This document shows positions 26,863-36,214 of a stretch of DNA of 64,000 bases, piece after piece. Under the pieces are notes generated by a model. That model was not told the DNA's origin and searched no databases. It saw only the letters and a program-made list of their open reading frames with translations. The position numbers and the translations under genes are program-made. Source of the DNA: a virus; IMG/VR virus record IMGVR_UViG_3300043137_000327, positions 1 through 64,000 of that record; one strand, given 5' to 3'. The first letter of the stretch is position 1. Every line of letters starts with the position of its first letter.

Positions 26863-27085
26863 AAAGTCAAATGCGAAAGCACATAAATTGAAAGCAAATA
26901 CCAAATGGTTCGTATCTAATAACAAAGCACAAAAGAATGTGGATGTTATTAATATAATTCCATTTTTAAAAGTATGGTATAGTAAACGATATTTTTTAGA
27001 AACGGGATTATTTACTCCCGCATTTGGAATAGCAGTTAGCTTCTTAAAATGGAATTATTACTTTACGATTCAGAAAGCATATTAG
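26849..27085 (+). CDS. hypothetical basic/membrane protein
   Basis: 78-aa ORF. Confidence 0.3.
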   Translation: MAKSKKSNAKAHKLKANTKWFVSNNKAQKNVDVINIIPFLKVWYSKRYFLETGLFTPAFGIAVSFLKWNYYFTIQKAY

Positions 27086-27086
27086 T

Positions 27087-27596
27087 ATGAAAATCAGCGG
27101 TTGGGAAAAGCTACATGGCATAACGTATAAAGGATATTCTATAATCAATCCAATACATAATGCAATACATACACAATACATAGCTGATGTTTTGGATATA
27201 CAATCGCATCGTAAAATAGAATTGAAATTGGATACCGATGCCGGGTTTCAAAATGACCCATATGTTCTAACAATACGTGATAGATTGAATAATGTAGTAG
27301 TTAAACGAATGGTGGATTTTGAAATGTTAAAACGTATTTCTAGCTTCAGAATGATATATGAATATTGTATTGATGATTATATAAGGGAAGTTGAAAAGAC
27401 TTGGACAGGAAGTGCTACAATTACATCTACACCAATTTCACATTCAATTGTGAGTAATGTAACTAAAAGAATAAATGGCGGACTTACCCAATTTGATACG
27501 GATTATGGTACAATGTCTTTACCAACTTTTGATGACTTCGCAAAAATGAGGGGTAGTACTTCAGCTAGACAATTTACACAAACATTAATAAATTAA
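27087..27596 (+). CDS. hypothetical protein
   Basis: 169-aa ORF. Confidence 0.45.
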   Translation: MKISGWEKLHGITYKGYSIINPIHNAIHTQYIADVLDIQSHRKIELKLDTDAGFQNDPYVLTIRDRLNNVVVKRMVDFEMLKRISSFRMIYEYCIDDYIREVEKTWTGSATITSTPISHSIVSNVTKRINGGLTQFDTDYGTMSLPTFDDFAKMRGSTSARQFTQTLIN

Positions 27597-27607
27597 ATAA
27601 ATAAGTT

Positions 27608-27880
27608 ATGGAATTACAAATTACAAAAGATGAGTTAGTAGAAAAGTTACAAAATGAAGCAGTGAGTGTAACATTTACAAAAGCTGATGGTAGTGACCGT
27701 ACAATGTTATGTACAAAGATGGTGAGTAAAATCCCCGAAGCACAACATCCGAAAACGGAAAAAGTTGCTAAGTTGGATGAAAACGGAAACGTAATAGAAA
27801 CCGATTTAATTACGGTATTTGATTTAGAAAAGGAAGGGTGGAGAAGTTTCAATTTCAGTAAAGTAAAAGCTATTCAATAG
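27608..27880 (+). CDS. hypothetical protein
   Basis: 90-aa ORF. Confidence 0.4.
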   Translation: MELQITKDELVEKLQNEAVSVTFTKADGSDRTMLCTKMVSKIPEAQHPKTEKVAKLDENGNVIETDLITVFDLEKEGWRSFNFSKVKAIQ

Positions 27881-28345
27881 ATGGAAACAAAAGATGAATT
27901 GGATGGATATCATTGGCAAGATGTACTTTGGCAAACTATGAATGCCATGCGTTCTACAAATGCTACAATTGATTCTTTGTACGATGATTTGGATGCTCAA
28001 ATGGCTAAGATGAATGGAATTAAACCAATTCATTTTAAGAATCCCGAAAAGCTGAATGGTCCGATGCATATGCGAGGAGAAGTTTATGAAATTACTTTCT
28101 TTGGTAGAAGCCTATCTTTAAAAGAAGATAATTGGACTTGGCAAATAAAGCAAATGAAAGATGGCGTACCATATGGATTTGAGCACACATTATCTATTTT
28201 GAAATATCCACAAAGAGAAGGATATGCTACAATGATTAAAAACTCATATGGTGAATCTACAAAGAGTGAGGTAATTTTGAATAGTTTATATAGTATGCAC
28301 TTTATAGCTCAACAATTGGGGTCATTAACCGAATTACCTTTTTAA
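27881..28345 (+). CDS. hypothetical protein
   Basis: 154-aa ORF. Confidence 0.45.
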   Translation: METKDELDGYHWQDVLWQTMNAMRSTNATIDSLYDDLDAQMAKMNGIKPIHFKNPEKLNGPMHMRGEVYEITFFGRSLSLKEDNWTWQIKQMKDGVPYGFEHTLSILKYPQREGYATMIKNSYGESTKSEVILNSLYSMHFIAQQLGSLTELPF

Positions 28346-28364
28346 TAAAACTTTAAAATAAGGT

Positions 28365-28619
28365 ATGATAACACAAATTTGGAAATATAGATTGCGAGAG
28401 CAAGGTATTGAAATACCAATGGATGCTAAAGTATTATCAGTTCAGCTGCAGGATGACATACCACATATATGGGCTATGGTTAATCCACATAGGGAGCGAG
28501 AACTTAGAAACTTTGTAATTATTGGAACGGGTCAAAGTTTTGATGATACTAATATGAAATATATCGGAACGTATCAACACAATCCATTCGTTTGGCACTT
28601 ATTTGAAATAGTAAAATAA
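28365..28619 (+). CDS. hypothetical protein
   Basis: 84-aa ORF. Confidence 0.4.
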   Translation: MITQIWKYRLREQGIEIPMDAKVLSVQLQDDIPHIWAMVNPHRERELRNFVIIGTGQSFDDTNMKYIGTYQHNPFVWHLFEIVK

Positions 28620-28624
28620 ATTAT

Positions 28625-29098
28625 ATGTCACATATACCAACGCCACCACCAATGACATTGACACAAAGGTTACAAACATTAGCAACAACTATGAATGGAG
28701 TTGGAGTTGTAAATATAGCACAACCAAATTCAAATGTTGCTCAACAAATAAAAGATGTAGCGGAGCAGCAGGCTCGTATGGTATTGGATGAATGGTTAAA
28801 AAATAACAAAGGATTATTTCAGCAGGATACTAACAAATTGAAAATTCGAAATATTCATAAACTAATCGGAATGGCATACGATGAACGATTGAGTGTAATC
28901 GGAGTTTTAGAGGAGGACAAATATTATGAATTCAGTTTGAATAGTGATAAATTAAATACGGCTGAAACTATCTTATTGTATAGAAGGCAAACCGATAGTG
29001 GACACTACATAATGGAATATAAAACAAAAACATTATGGTTAACTAAGTGGGAAATTGATATGCCCGAAAAACTTATAATTTGTATGCAAACAATTTAA
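28625..29098 (+). CDS. hypothetical protein
   Basis: 157-aa ORF. Confidence 0.45.
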   Translation: MSHIPTPPPMTLTQRLQTLATTMNGVGVVNIAQPNSNVAQQIKDVAEQQARMVLDEWLKNNKGLFQQDTNKLKIRNIHKLIGMAYDERLSVIGVLEEDKYYEFSLNSDKLNTAETILLYRRQTDSGHYIMEYKTKTLWLTKWEIDMPEKLIICMQTI

Positions 29099-29102
29099 TA
29101 AA

Positions 29103-29312
29103 ATGGAAAATAAAAAAATTACATTTAGAATACCTGGAGTTAATTTATTAATTGGATTGGTAACGGCAATGATTGGTCACAATATTCATAGTAGTACTTT
29201 TTGGTCAATTATGGATTTCATCTTTTGGCCATTAGCTTGGATTAAATGGTTTATCTTTCAAGAAGTAAATCTTACAATTATCAAATCAGCATTTGACTGG
29301 TTTTTAAAATAA
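29103..29312 (+). CDS. hypothetical membrane protein
   Basis: 69-aa ORF with two TM helices. Confidence 0.4.
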   Translation: MENKKITFRIPGVNLLIGLVTAMIGHNIHSSTFWSIMDFIFWPLAWIKWFIFQEVNLTIIKSAFDWFLK

Positions 29313-29316
29313 TATT

Positions 29317-29637
29317 ATGAGTATAACAATTTCAAACGATGATACATCTAAACTAACTATGAAGGGTAGCGGAAAACTGATTATCAAAACTGCTATGGAA
29401 TTAGTTGGTTCAAAAACGGAATTGCCAATATCAATAGAAGCTGATTTTACAAATATACCAACTGAATTACATTATTTGTATTATCAAATGTTAGTATCAC
29501 AATATGATACACGCCAAATGGTGCATAGTAGTTTGTATGATAAAGAAGAGCCATATCCAATGACAATAGAAGAAAAACAAAAGGAGTGGCATTGGAATAG
29601 ATTAACAAAATTAGTTTTGAAAGCAATAGGAAAATAA
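29317..29637 (+). CDS. hypothetical protein
   Basis: 106-aa ORF. Confidence 0.4.
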   Translation: MSITISNDDTSKLTMKGSGKLIIKTAMELVGSKTELPISIEADFTNIPTELHYLYYQMLVSQYDTRQMVHSSLYDKEEPYPMTIEEKQKEWHWNRLTKLVLKAIGK

Positions 29638-29638
29638 T

Positions 29639-29833
29639 ATGAAAGATGAAAGATTAGAAACCTTATCGGAAATGGTTCGTAGAGGTAGACCCGTTTCAGT
29701 AGATGAAGCATTTGAAGTTATTCAATATCAAGAAAAGTTAAAAGAGGAACGAAAAGCACACATGGGATGGTTGGATATGCTATTCAATTCGACGCCTATT
29801 GGCCAATTAATAAATCTTTTTAAAAACAAATAA
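29639..29833 (+). CDS. hypothetical protein
   Basis: 64-aa ORF. Confidence 0.35.
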   Translation: MKDERLETLSEMVRRGRPVSVDEAFEVIQYQEKLKEERKAHMGWLDMLFNSTPIGQLINLFKNK

Positions 29834-29921
29834 GATATGTTAGTAGGGGTATTTGATTTAATTTGGTTAATAATAGAAGCAACTTCAAAGTTACTAATAA
29901 AACTATTCAAAAAGAAATAAG

Positions 29922-30251
29922 ATGAAAGGATATTATGTAATATATGAGTGTTCAAAAAACCAATGGTTAGCGGAAGGGCTTGGTTGGTTAAACGATAGGG
30001 ATTATTATCCACAAACAATTGGAACGAAGCACGCAATTCAAATAAGCCAAAGTTATAACTACAATCCAAACTTACCGCAAGTGGAGGTTATAGATACACA
30101 AACTGCGAATGTATTAATGGATGGTGGGGATAGGATTAATCCCAATAGGATAAAACTATTTGATACGATGAATGAAGCCGAAGTGTTTCTTTTAAAAACA
30201 TTGGCATCGGATAATGGTGAATTTTATTCAATAAGAAAAATATACTCTTAA
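29922..30251 (+). CDS. hypothetical protein
   Basis: 109-aa ORF. Confidence 0.4.
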   Translation: MKGYYVIYECSKNQWLAEGLGWLNDRDYYPQTIGTKHAIQISQSYNYNPNLPQVEVIDTQTANVLMDGGDRINPNRIKLFDTMNEAEVFLLKTLASDNGEFYSIRKIYS

Positions 30252-30252
30252 T

Positions 30253-30531
30253 ATGGTACAAAAATACACAAAGAAGCCCGTAGTAATAGAGGCAATCCAA
30301 TACAAAGGATATATGACCGATGAAGTAAAGAATTTCATAGGCGATAGTTTAATATCAGAAAACCGATGGGGTGATGAAGGTGGACCAGTTGGTTACTTTA
30401 TTAAAACATTGGAAGGGACATCGTATATGTTAGATAGAAACGATTATATAATCAAAGGAGTGAAAGGAGAATTTTATCCGTGTAAGCCTGATATTTTTGA
30501 AATGACTTATAATAAAACCTTTATCAAATAA
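30253..30531 (+). CDS. hypothetical protein
   Basis: 92-aa ORF. Confidence 0.4.
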   Translation: MVQKYTKKPVVIEAIQYKGYMTDEVKNFIGDSLISENRWGDEGGPVGYFIKTLEGTSYMLDRNDYIIKGVKGEFYPCKPDIFEMTYNKTFIK

Positions 30532-30532
30532 T

Positions 30533-30775
30533 ATGGACAAGCAAGAAAGAACTTTAATAGCAGTATTAGGATGTATAGCATTCGGACTAATATTCAGTTT
30601 ACTATATGGAATAGCAAACGAACTGCATGATATCAGAATGGAATTATTTAATATCAAAACAAAGCATCACGTTATTGTAGAGTATCAATACAAAGGAATA
30701 GCAAAGGATACAATAGTAGTGTATAAAGAAAGAACAATTGTTAAGCATATGAAAGCACCACTAAAAGAATTCTAA
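30533..30775 (+). CDS. hypothetical membrane protein
   Basis: 80-aa ORF with an N-terminal TM helix. Confidence 0.4.
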   Translation: MDKQERTLIAVLGCIAFGLIFSLLYGIANELHDIRMELFNIKTKHHVIVEYQYKGIAKDTIVVYKERTIVKHMKAPLKEF

Positions 30776-30776
30776 T

Positions 30777-31001
30777 ATGAATATTAAAAAGAATGCAATA
30801 GGGTTTAAAAGAATAACACGCACTACATACATAACAAAGGGATGGCGTAGCGTAAGTGGATATAAGACGAGAGGATTTCGAAATAGAGTTAGGTTAGTAA
30901 ATAGAAGTAGAACATACATTGCAAATCCCAAAATAACCCAACATGTGAAACGAAACCGAATACACAAAATGGTTGTAAAGAGTAAACGAATTACATTATG
31001 A
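30777..31001 (+). CDS. hypothetical highly basic protein (possible nucleic-acid binding)
   Basis: 74-aa ORF rich in R/K. Confidence 0.35.
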   Translation: MNIKKNAIGFKRITRTTYITKGWRSVSGYKTRGFRNRVRLVNRSRTYIANPKITQHVKRNRIHKMVVKSKRITL

Positions 31002-31393
31002 ATAGAGAGGAGCACTTAATGAAAACATTTCCTTTAGAAGATGGGACTACCTATATTCAGAACTTAGATAAAAGTTTCAGATATTGCCAAAGCCAGATAG
31101 AAGATAATGGTAAGTGTAAAGAGCAATGTGAACATTGTAAAGAATATTATGCACCATTGGAAAACGAACCGAAAGGGGCGGGGGCTGGGGGAGAAGTCGA
31201 AAAGGGAAATTTTATTGATAGTGCGTCTTTGGAGTTGGGAGAGTCTTTGGAGCTAAGAGAGTCCTTAGAGTTGGGAGAGTCCGTTGAGCAGAGTGATGTG
31301 GATAGTAGTGGGGATAAATTGAATAAGATATACGAGAAGTTGGATAGGGATTATATGTACAATTGGATTAGAAATCATAAAAATCGAAAATGA
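30998..31393 (+). CDS. hypothetical protein with SLELGE/SLELRE tandem repeats
   Basis: 131-aa ORF. The coding sequence contains four tandem 18-bp units (31228-31300). Confidence 0.4.
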   Translation: MNREEHLMKTFPLEDGTTYIQNLDKSFRYCQSQIEDNGKCKEQCEHCKEYYAPLENEPKGAGAGGEVEKGNFIDSASLELGESLELRESLELGESVEQSDVDSSGDKLNKIYEKLDRDYMYNWIRNHKNRK

Positions 31394-31429
31394 TAATATA
31401 TAATTAAAAGGATTAATTAAAAATAGTTT

Positions 31430-31567
31430 ATGAAAACGAATTTCAAAGAAAAATTAGGTTATTGGGCAGAAACGTTACTTATGTTCGGTGGATTGATGAT
31501 AGGCATCGCAATGGTATGTGGTGGGTTCTATATGATATATACCATTTTCAAAGCCATATTCAACTAA
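31430..31567 (+). CDS. small membrane protein (45 aa)
   Basis: Unannotated ORF MKTNFKEKLGYWAETLLMFGGLMIGIAMVCGGFYMIYTIFKAIFN. Confidence 0.3.
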   Translation: MKTNFKEKLGYWAETLLMFGGLMIGIAMVCGGFYMIYTIFKAIFN

Positions 31568-31585
31568 TCAAATACAACAAACGAA

Positions 31586-31816
31586 ATGGATAAGGTAGTA
31601 CAAAGGATATTGGAATTGAAAAAAGAAATCCAAACTCCTAACATCAAATTGGCAATTCAAAAGTTGCAACAATCCCTATGTGAATCAAATACAAAGATTA
31701 GCGCATCGGAAAAGAAGGATAAAAATAATTTAGCTAATATTGACATTGAGAATGATATCAGTAAAGTAAAAGATGAAGATATAGAAGCATTCCTTTTTAA
31801 TAGGTATAATAGATAA
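31586..31816 (+). CDS. hypothetical protein
   Basis: 76-aa ORF. Confidence 0.35.
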   Translation: MDKVVQRILELKKEIQTPNIKLAIQKLQQSLCESNTKISASEKKDKNNLANIDIENDISKVKDEDIEAFLFNRYNR

Positions 31817-31820
31817 GAGT

Positions 31821-32180
31821 ATGAATAACACAGCCATAGTATGGATGATAGTAACGCTAGTATGGATAGTATCCCTATATAAGATAGTAGGTATCCATAA
31901 GATAGTAAACGTATTAACTATGTTTAAAACAAAAGCGTATTGGAATCCCTTATACAATAAGATAGAGGCGATAAGCTGGATTAGTAAGATAGGAATCATA
32001 GTACCGGGCTTAGTATGGGGAAAAGAAATTTGGTACTTACACATCGTAACCCTGATATCGAGCTCCTTACTGATATGGGTAAAGGCTGAGAAAGGATTAC
32101 CTACGTTAATAGTATTCAATACGATATGGATAGGGATAAGCAGTTGGGTATTGGTTAAGAATATCTTATTACATTTATAA
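31821..32180 (+). CDS. hypothetical integral membrane protein
   Basis: 119-aa ORF with four hydrophobic helices (W-rich). Confidence 0.45.
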   Translation: MNNTAIVWMIVTLVWIVSLYKIVGIHKIVNVLTMFKTKAYWNPLYNKIEAISWISKIGIIVPGLVWGKEIWYLHIVTLISSSLLIWVKAEKGLPTLIVFNTIWIGISSWVLVKNILLHL

Positions 32181-32558
32181 GGAGTATAAACAATAATAGA
32201 TAAGGGATAGTGAGTAGAAGATTAGGGAATAGAAGGGATTGGATTGAATTGGGTTTAAGCGTATTAATGATGGGTAGTGTAGTATTTGTATTCCTTAATG
32301 GATTGGTACACATAATCAATTGGATATGGGGTATCTAAGAGCATAGCAGTGTATATCAGCTGATGCAGTATCAAAATATAATCATAAGAGTAAATTAGTG
32401 GTAAAAAGTGGGGATTTGTGTTAAAGTGTGTGAGGGAATCCAAAGATGTCAAAATATATATGTACATACTAACACACTACAATAAAATCATAACACTATA
32501 TTAGAGTGTTAAAAAGAATCAGTATATCCCACCCTTTTGCGTTCTTAGCAAAAAAAAA

Positions 32559-32757
32559 TTATCCACAGCCATTTTCACATTTGTTAGTAACTTTATTTGG
32601 TTACAAAAGTAAATCGGGTATACAAATGTACCGCTCCGAAAGCGTGGAGGCGTCTACATTCTGCTTCGGTCGTGCGCCGCACAGACACCGCACTGCAAAG
32701 GATTGCATCGGAATACTGAATAAAAATCAAAATTGTTAATAAAAAAAGTTATCCACA
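32559..32757 (+). promoter_or_regulatory. pair of perfect DnaA-box 9-mers (TTATCCACA at 32559-32567 and 32749-32757) bracketing a GC-rich structured island. Candidate replication origin or ncRNA locus
   Basis: Two identical 9/9 matches to the DnaA-box consensus, with similar flanks (AAAAAATTATCCACAGCC and AAAAAGTTATCCACACCCC), in the same orientation, inside an 830-bp non-coding stretch. Confidence 0.35.
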
Positions 32758-32761
32758 CCCC

Positions 32762-32792
32762 TTGGATATATGGACTTTTTTTCGTATCTTTA
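32762..32792 (+). promoter_or_regulatory. Bacteroidetes-type promoter with conserved +1 block (TCGTATCTTTATAGGGTGG)
   Basis: TTGG 32762-32765, TATCTTTA 32785-32792. The same TCGTATCTTTnnAGGGTGG block recurs at 49340-49360. It leads into about 220 nt with no ORF. Confidence 0.4.
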
Positions 32793-33012
32793 TAGGGTGG
32801 AAGGGCGGGAGTAGAGAAGCTGAGAGCTCTGCTAACTGATTGATTCTCAATGGCTCTGGCTAACTCGTTGGTTTCCAATAAAAAATATTTCACATTTCCA
32901 AAAAATAAATGATAAATAATTAGGCTATTACGGCAGAATTGTCTATCTTTATTATATAAAGGGAGAGAGAGTAAAAGACCTCCCATCACTTAAAATCTAA
33001 AATATAAACGAT

Positions 33013-33348
33013 ATGAGTTACACTTCAATGAATTACGAAAGGTTTGGTTTGTACAAAAACATTCCAGCTACTAAACAGCCTGTTAAGAAGGCAGGTTTAC
33101 CTACTATTACTTTTACTGATATGTTTGGTAGAAACTTCTTTTTTCCTTATCGTACTAAAAAACAACGTTCCGAAATTTCAGACATTTTGAGGTTGTTAAA
33201 GGCTGAGAATAATCAATTGAATCGTATTCTTTCCGACTATTCAGTTAAGATGGGTAAGTATGTGAATGAGAGCAAGTTGAGAGCTGAATTAAAAACAGCG
33301 TTTGGTTTTTCAAAATCGAATATCGACTCAATCTTATCTATCCACTAA
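33013..33348 (+). CDS. hypothetical protein
   Basis: 111-aa ORF. Confidence 0.45.
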   Translation: MSYTSMNYERFGLYKNIPATKQPVKKAGLPTITFTDMFGRNFFFPYRTKKQRSEISDILRLLKAENNQLNRILSDYSVKMGKYVNESKLRAELKTAFGFSKSNIDSILSIH

Positions 33349-33362
33349 TCAAAACTAATACT

Positions 33363-33563
33363 ATGAAAAATTATCAAATCATTCTTACGGCTTTTGCTTC
33401 GTTCTTTGTGGCCATTAACATCTTAAATGGTACGGCCCAACAATATGTACATTTCGCAGGTGAACTTAATGAATTGGGATGTGCAGTTATCGCTTTAACG
33501 ATGGGTGTGTTATCTACCTATTGTATTGATTGGAAATCATTTTTTAACTTTTTAAATAAATAA
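33363..33563 (+). CDS. hypothetical membrane protein
   Basis: 66-aa ORF with two TM helices. Confidence 0.35.
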   Translation: MKNYQIILTAFASFFVAINILNGTAQQYVHFAGELNELGCAVIALTMGVLSTYCIDWKSFFNFLNK

Positions 33564-33566
33564 GAT

Positions 33567-33920
33567 ATGAGCAGTTATAGTAGATTCGACAGACACACAC
33601 ATATGAGTTCAGAAACACGTAGAGAGATTTTGGATATCATTATGGAAATTGGCTATGGTGAAGGTACGTTTATGTTAACCAATAGTTTATATGGTTTATA
33701 CGATGGGTATCTATACGATGAAATGATTAGTTACGCTGATGAGGTTACGATGAGTAATGATTTGTACCGTAGAATTCTAAAGATATTCAGCATCGCTTGT
33801 AAGTATCCTAAACATAGTCGATACGATGCACCGGTTGAAGTGAGTGATGAGGTTGAGGTGATTGAGTATAGAGAGGGTATGGGAGTGGCAGAAGGAAAAC
33901 AATATTTAGCAACTATATAA
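33567..33920 (+). CDS. hypothetical protein
   Basis: 117-aa ORF. Confidence 0.4.
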   Translation: MSSYSRFDRHTHMSSETRREILDIIMEIGYGEGTFMLTNSLYGLYDGYLYDEMISYADEVTMSNDLYRRILKIFSIACKYPKHSRYDAPVEVSDEVEVIEYREGMGVAEGKQYLATI

Positions 33921-33931
33921 ATTAATCAGTT

Positions 33932-34132
33932 ATGAGTACTATGAAATTAAAAGAGTTTATGTTTACGTTTGAAGGTGGTGGATGGAATACCGTTTGGGCT
34001 AAGACACGTAAGGGAGCAGTTAAGGCTGCACTGAAAGAGTATAAGGATTCACCTACATTAAATCCTATTCCATCTTCAGTACACCAAGCAACTGAAGCAG
34101 GTTTGAAATCGGCATTATCATTATTCTATTAA
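33932..34132 (+). CDS. hypothetical protein
   Basis: 66-aa ORF. Confidence 0.35.
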   Translation: MSTMKLKEFMFTFEGGGWNTVWAKTRKGAVKAALKEYKDSPTLNPIPSSVHQATEAGLKSALSLFY

Positions 34133-34145
34133 AAATCAATTAGTT

Positions 34146-34445
34146 ATGAGTAAGAAAATCACACAAGAATCAGTTCAGGCATTTATAGATTGTAGACCCT
34201 TTAAGAAATCTAATATGGAAGTAGTAAGGGAAGGCACCATATACTATCTAAAGCTATTCGGAAATAAGATAGCAGCTATCGAAGCAGATGGTCGTATGTG
34301 GGTATCCAACGCTGGATGGAAAACTAAGACTACAAAGGAGAGGTTAAATGGATTGCCAGGCGTAAGTGTTAACCAAAAGGATTGGGGATGGTATCTGAAT
34401 GGGATGCCTTGGGATGGTAAACCCATCTTTATCACCAAATTCTAA
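34146..34445 (+). CDS. hypothetical protein
   Basis: 99-aa ORF. Confidence 0.4.
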   Translation: MSKKITQESVQAFIDCRPFKKSNMEVVREGTIYYLKLFGNKIAAIEADGRMWVSNAGWKTKTTKERLNGLPGVSVNQKDWGWYLNGMPWDGKPIFITKF

Positions 34446-34496
34446 TCCATTGATTATCAACACGTTAGAAAAACTTTAAAAATAATCACTCAAATG

Positions 34497-34528
34497 TTTG
34501 GCAATACCGAATTTATTTCGTATATTTA
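34497..34528 (+). promoter_or_regulatory. Bacteroidetes-type promoter, class A
   Basis: TTTGGCAATACCGAATTTATTTCGTATATTTA. Preceded at 34446-34460 by the inverted GTGTTGATAATCAAT motif. Confidence 0.6.
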
Positions 34529-34536
34529 CTAAGTAA

Positions 34537-34917
34537 ATGAGAGACAATAAAACAATTAATATGAGTTATACTATTCCACGCGGTTACACTATTACCCCAA
34601 AAGTGAAGTTCTTACGAACTAAGGAAGGCAAGAAACGTACACAATTAGTAGAGTTAACCCACAAACGTAAGGGTATCGCTAAACTATTCGGTAACGAAGA
34701 GTACGCCATTAAGTACATCCAATCATTGGAAATCAATAAGGTAACATCCAACGCCTTAGCCGGTAAGGGAGCACCATCCATTGGTAAACACGCAATACTA
34801 TTAGCCGGCAAAGATGCAGTAGCTGATAAAGAGCTAAATGGTATATACGATGATATGACTAATGAGGAGGCGACTCAATTGAACAATCCCTTTTACCAAC
34901 CCTTAAAATTAATCTAA
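34537..34917 (+). CDS. hypothetical protein (start may be the ATG at 34561)
   Basis: 126-aa ORF directly downstream of a class A promoter. Confidence 0.45.
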   Translation: MRDNKTINMSYTIPRGYTITPKVKFLRTKEGKKRTQLVELTHKRKGIAKLFGNEEYAIKYIQSLEINKVTSNALAGKGAPSIGKHAILLAGKDAVADKELNGIYDDMTNEEATQLNNPFYQPLKLI

Positions 34918-34918
34918 T

Positions 34919-35212
34919 ATGAAGTACGAAGAATACACAATTGAGCTAACAGAAACTAACCAACTTAAAGCATATCCAACCGCAGTTGCTAAATCAAATG
35001 GAGGATACGACCGTAATATACCACTTAGTGAATATGTGACTGAAGTATATATCGAACAATGTATTCAGAATGGTTTAAATATAAGTGAGCGTGGTTCGTA
35101 TATAACCCTAGCTAAAGATGGTAAGGCTATCCTAACAATCAATGATAATATTGAGTTGGCCATCGATGCAATGAAATTCAGATTACCAATCACCGTACAA
35201 TATAAAGCATAA
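34919..35212 (+). CDS. hypothetical protein
   Basis: 97-aa ORF. Confidence 0.4.
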   Translation: MKYEEYTIELTETNQLKAYPTAVAKSNGGYDRNIPLSEYVTEVYIEQCIQNGLNISERGSYITLAKDGKAILTINDNIELAIDAMKFRLPITVQYKA

Positions 35213-35215
35213 TCT

Positions 35216-35428
35216 ATGACGTATAATGAATACAATGGCTGGACCAATTGGGATACGTGGAATGCGTATAACTGGCTAAGTGAATCTGAAGGGGTGTGGA
35301 AATCAGCATGTAGGACTACCGGTCCTGCTGAACTAAGGGATTTATTCGGTGATTATATCCAATCGCACGATGAAATCGACTTAGATGAGGTTAATTGGGA
35401 TGAACTATATGAAAGTTTATCAGATTAA
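35216..35428 (+). CDS. hypothetical acidic Trp-rich protein
   Basis: 70-aa ORF. Confidence 0.35.
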   Translation: MTYNEYNGWTNWDTWNAYNWLSESEGVWKSACRTTGPAELRDLFGDYIQSHDEIDLDEVNWDELYESLSD

Positions 35429-35429
35429 A

Positions 35430-35461
35430 TTTGGCAATATGGAATTTATTTCGTATCTTTA
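35430..35461 (+). promoter_or_regulatory. Bacteroidetes-type promoter, class A
   Basis: TTTGGCAATATGGAATTTATTTCGTATCTTTA. Confidence 0.55.
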
Positions 35462-35524
35462 TATAAATCAAAGAGGTGAAGTTGGGGACCTGTATTAAAC
35501 ACCCAATGGATTAAATCGATTAAA

Positions 35525-35761
35525 ATGGCTAACAAAGCAAACAACAAAAAGGCAGCAAGCAAGGTAACATCTAAGGTTACAAGTAAGAACCGTAAAGCAC
35601 CTAAGAAGGTAGCAACTACTTACGAAACACCAGTAGCTAACATCCAAAAGATTACATACGCATCAGGCCGTGTATCTTATAGAGTTAGAGTAGCAGGTGA
35701 ATCTCAATCTACAACTTCTTTAAAGAAGGCTCGTGAGATTAAGAGAGAATTGTTCGCCTAA
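35525..35761 (+). CDS. small basic protein (possible histone-like DNA-binding protein)
   Basis: 78-aa ORF with a K/A/S-rich N-terminus (KVTSKVTSKNRKAPKK). Followed by the GC hairpin gggaccgg...ccggtccc (35775-35808). Confidence 0.4.
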   Translation: MANKANNKKAASKVTSKVTSKNRKAPKKVATTYETPVANIQKITYASGRVSYRVRVAGESQSTTSLKKAREIKRELFA

Positions 35762-35855
35762 CATATCTTAGGAAGGGACCGGTGGTGGATACCTATATAG
35801 CCGGTCCCATCCTTACTAATTTTTAAACTATTAATTAAATATAAAACAAAGCAAG

Positions 35856-36047
35856 ATGAAAAAAGTATTATTCGCAGCAGTAGTTGCATTAACATTGGGA
35901 TTGACAGCATGTGGTAACGGAGCATCTAAGACCGAAACCGCAACCGATTCAACGGCAATAGATACGACAGCAGTAACAGCAGTAGATACAACTACGGCTC
36001 AGATTACGGCAGATACCGCATCTACATTTACTAAGGAAGTAAAATAG
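35856..36047 (+). CDS. small Thr-rich lipoprotein
   Basis: 63-aa ORF with a signal peptide and lipobox LTACG, then T/A/D-rich repeats. Confidence 0.45.
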   Translation: MKKVLFAAVVALTLGLTACGNGASKTETATDSTAIDTTAVTAVDTTTAQITADTASTFTKEVK

Positions 36048-36073
36048 TAAAGAGGGGGCATCCCCCCCTATAA

Positions 36074-36144
36074 GCGGTGGAAGTGTAATGGTTGCACACC
36101 TGGCGTCCAGCTAGGAGGAGGTGGTTCGAATCCACACCGCCGCT
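36074..36144 (+). tRNA. atypical tRNA-like gene (TCC/Gly-like anticodon loop cgTCCag with G instead of U at position 33). Possible pseudo-tRNA
   Basis: Acceptor gcggtgg/ccgccgc, D-stem gtgt/gcac, anticodon stem cctgg/ctagg, T-arm ggtgg-TTCGAAT-ccaca. Flanked by GC hairpin 36052-36069 upstream and terminator 36215-36244 downstream. Confidence 0.4.
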
Positions 36145-36214
36145 CAACGCAATTCGGTATATTTGGTTATTCTCTGATTGATTGATTTACATTTACACAA
36201 AGCGTTACATTAGA

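Noticed and set aside
32506-32989. ORFs 32506..32739(+) and 32654..32989(-) in the long non-coding region
   Set aside because: They run through the GC-rich structured island, the DnaA boxes and the promoter. They have no plausible start context and their translations look random. The region is better explained as regulatory/ncRNA.
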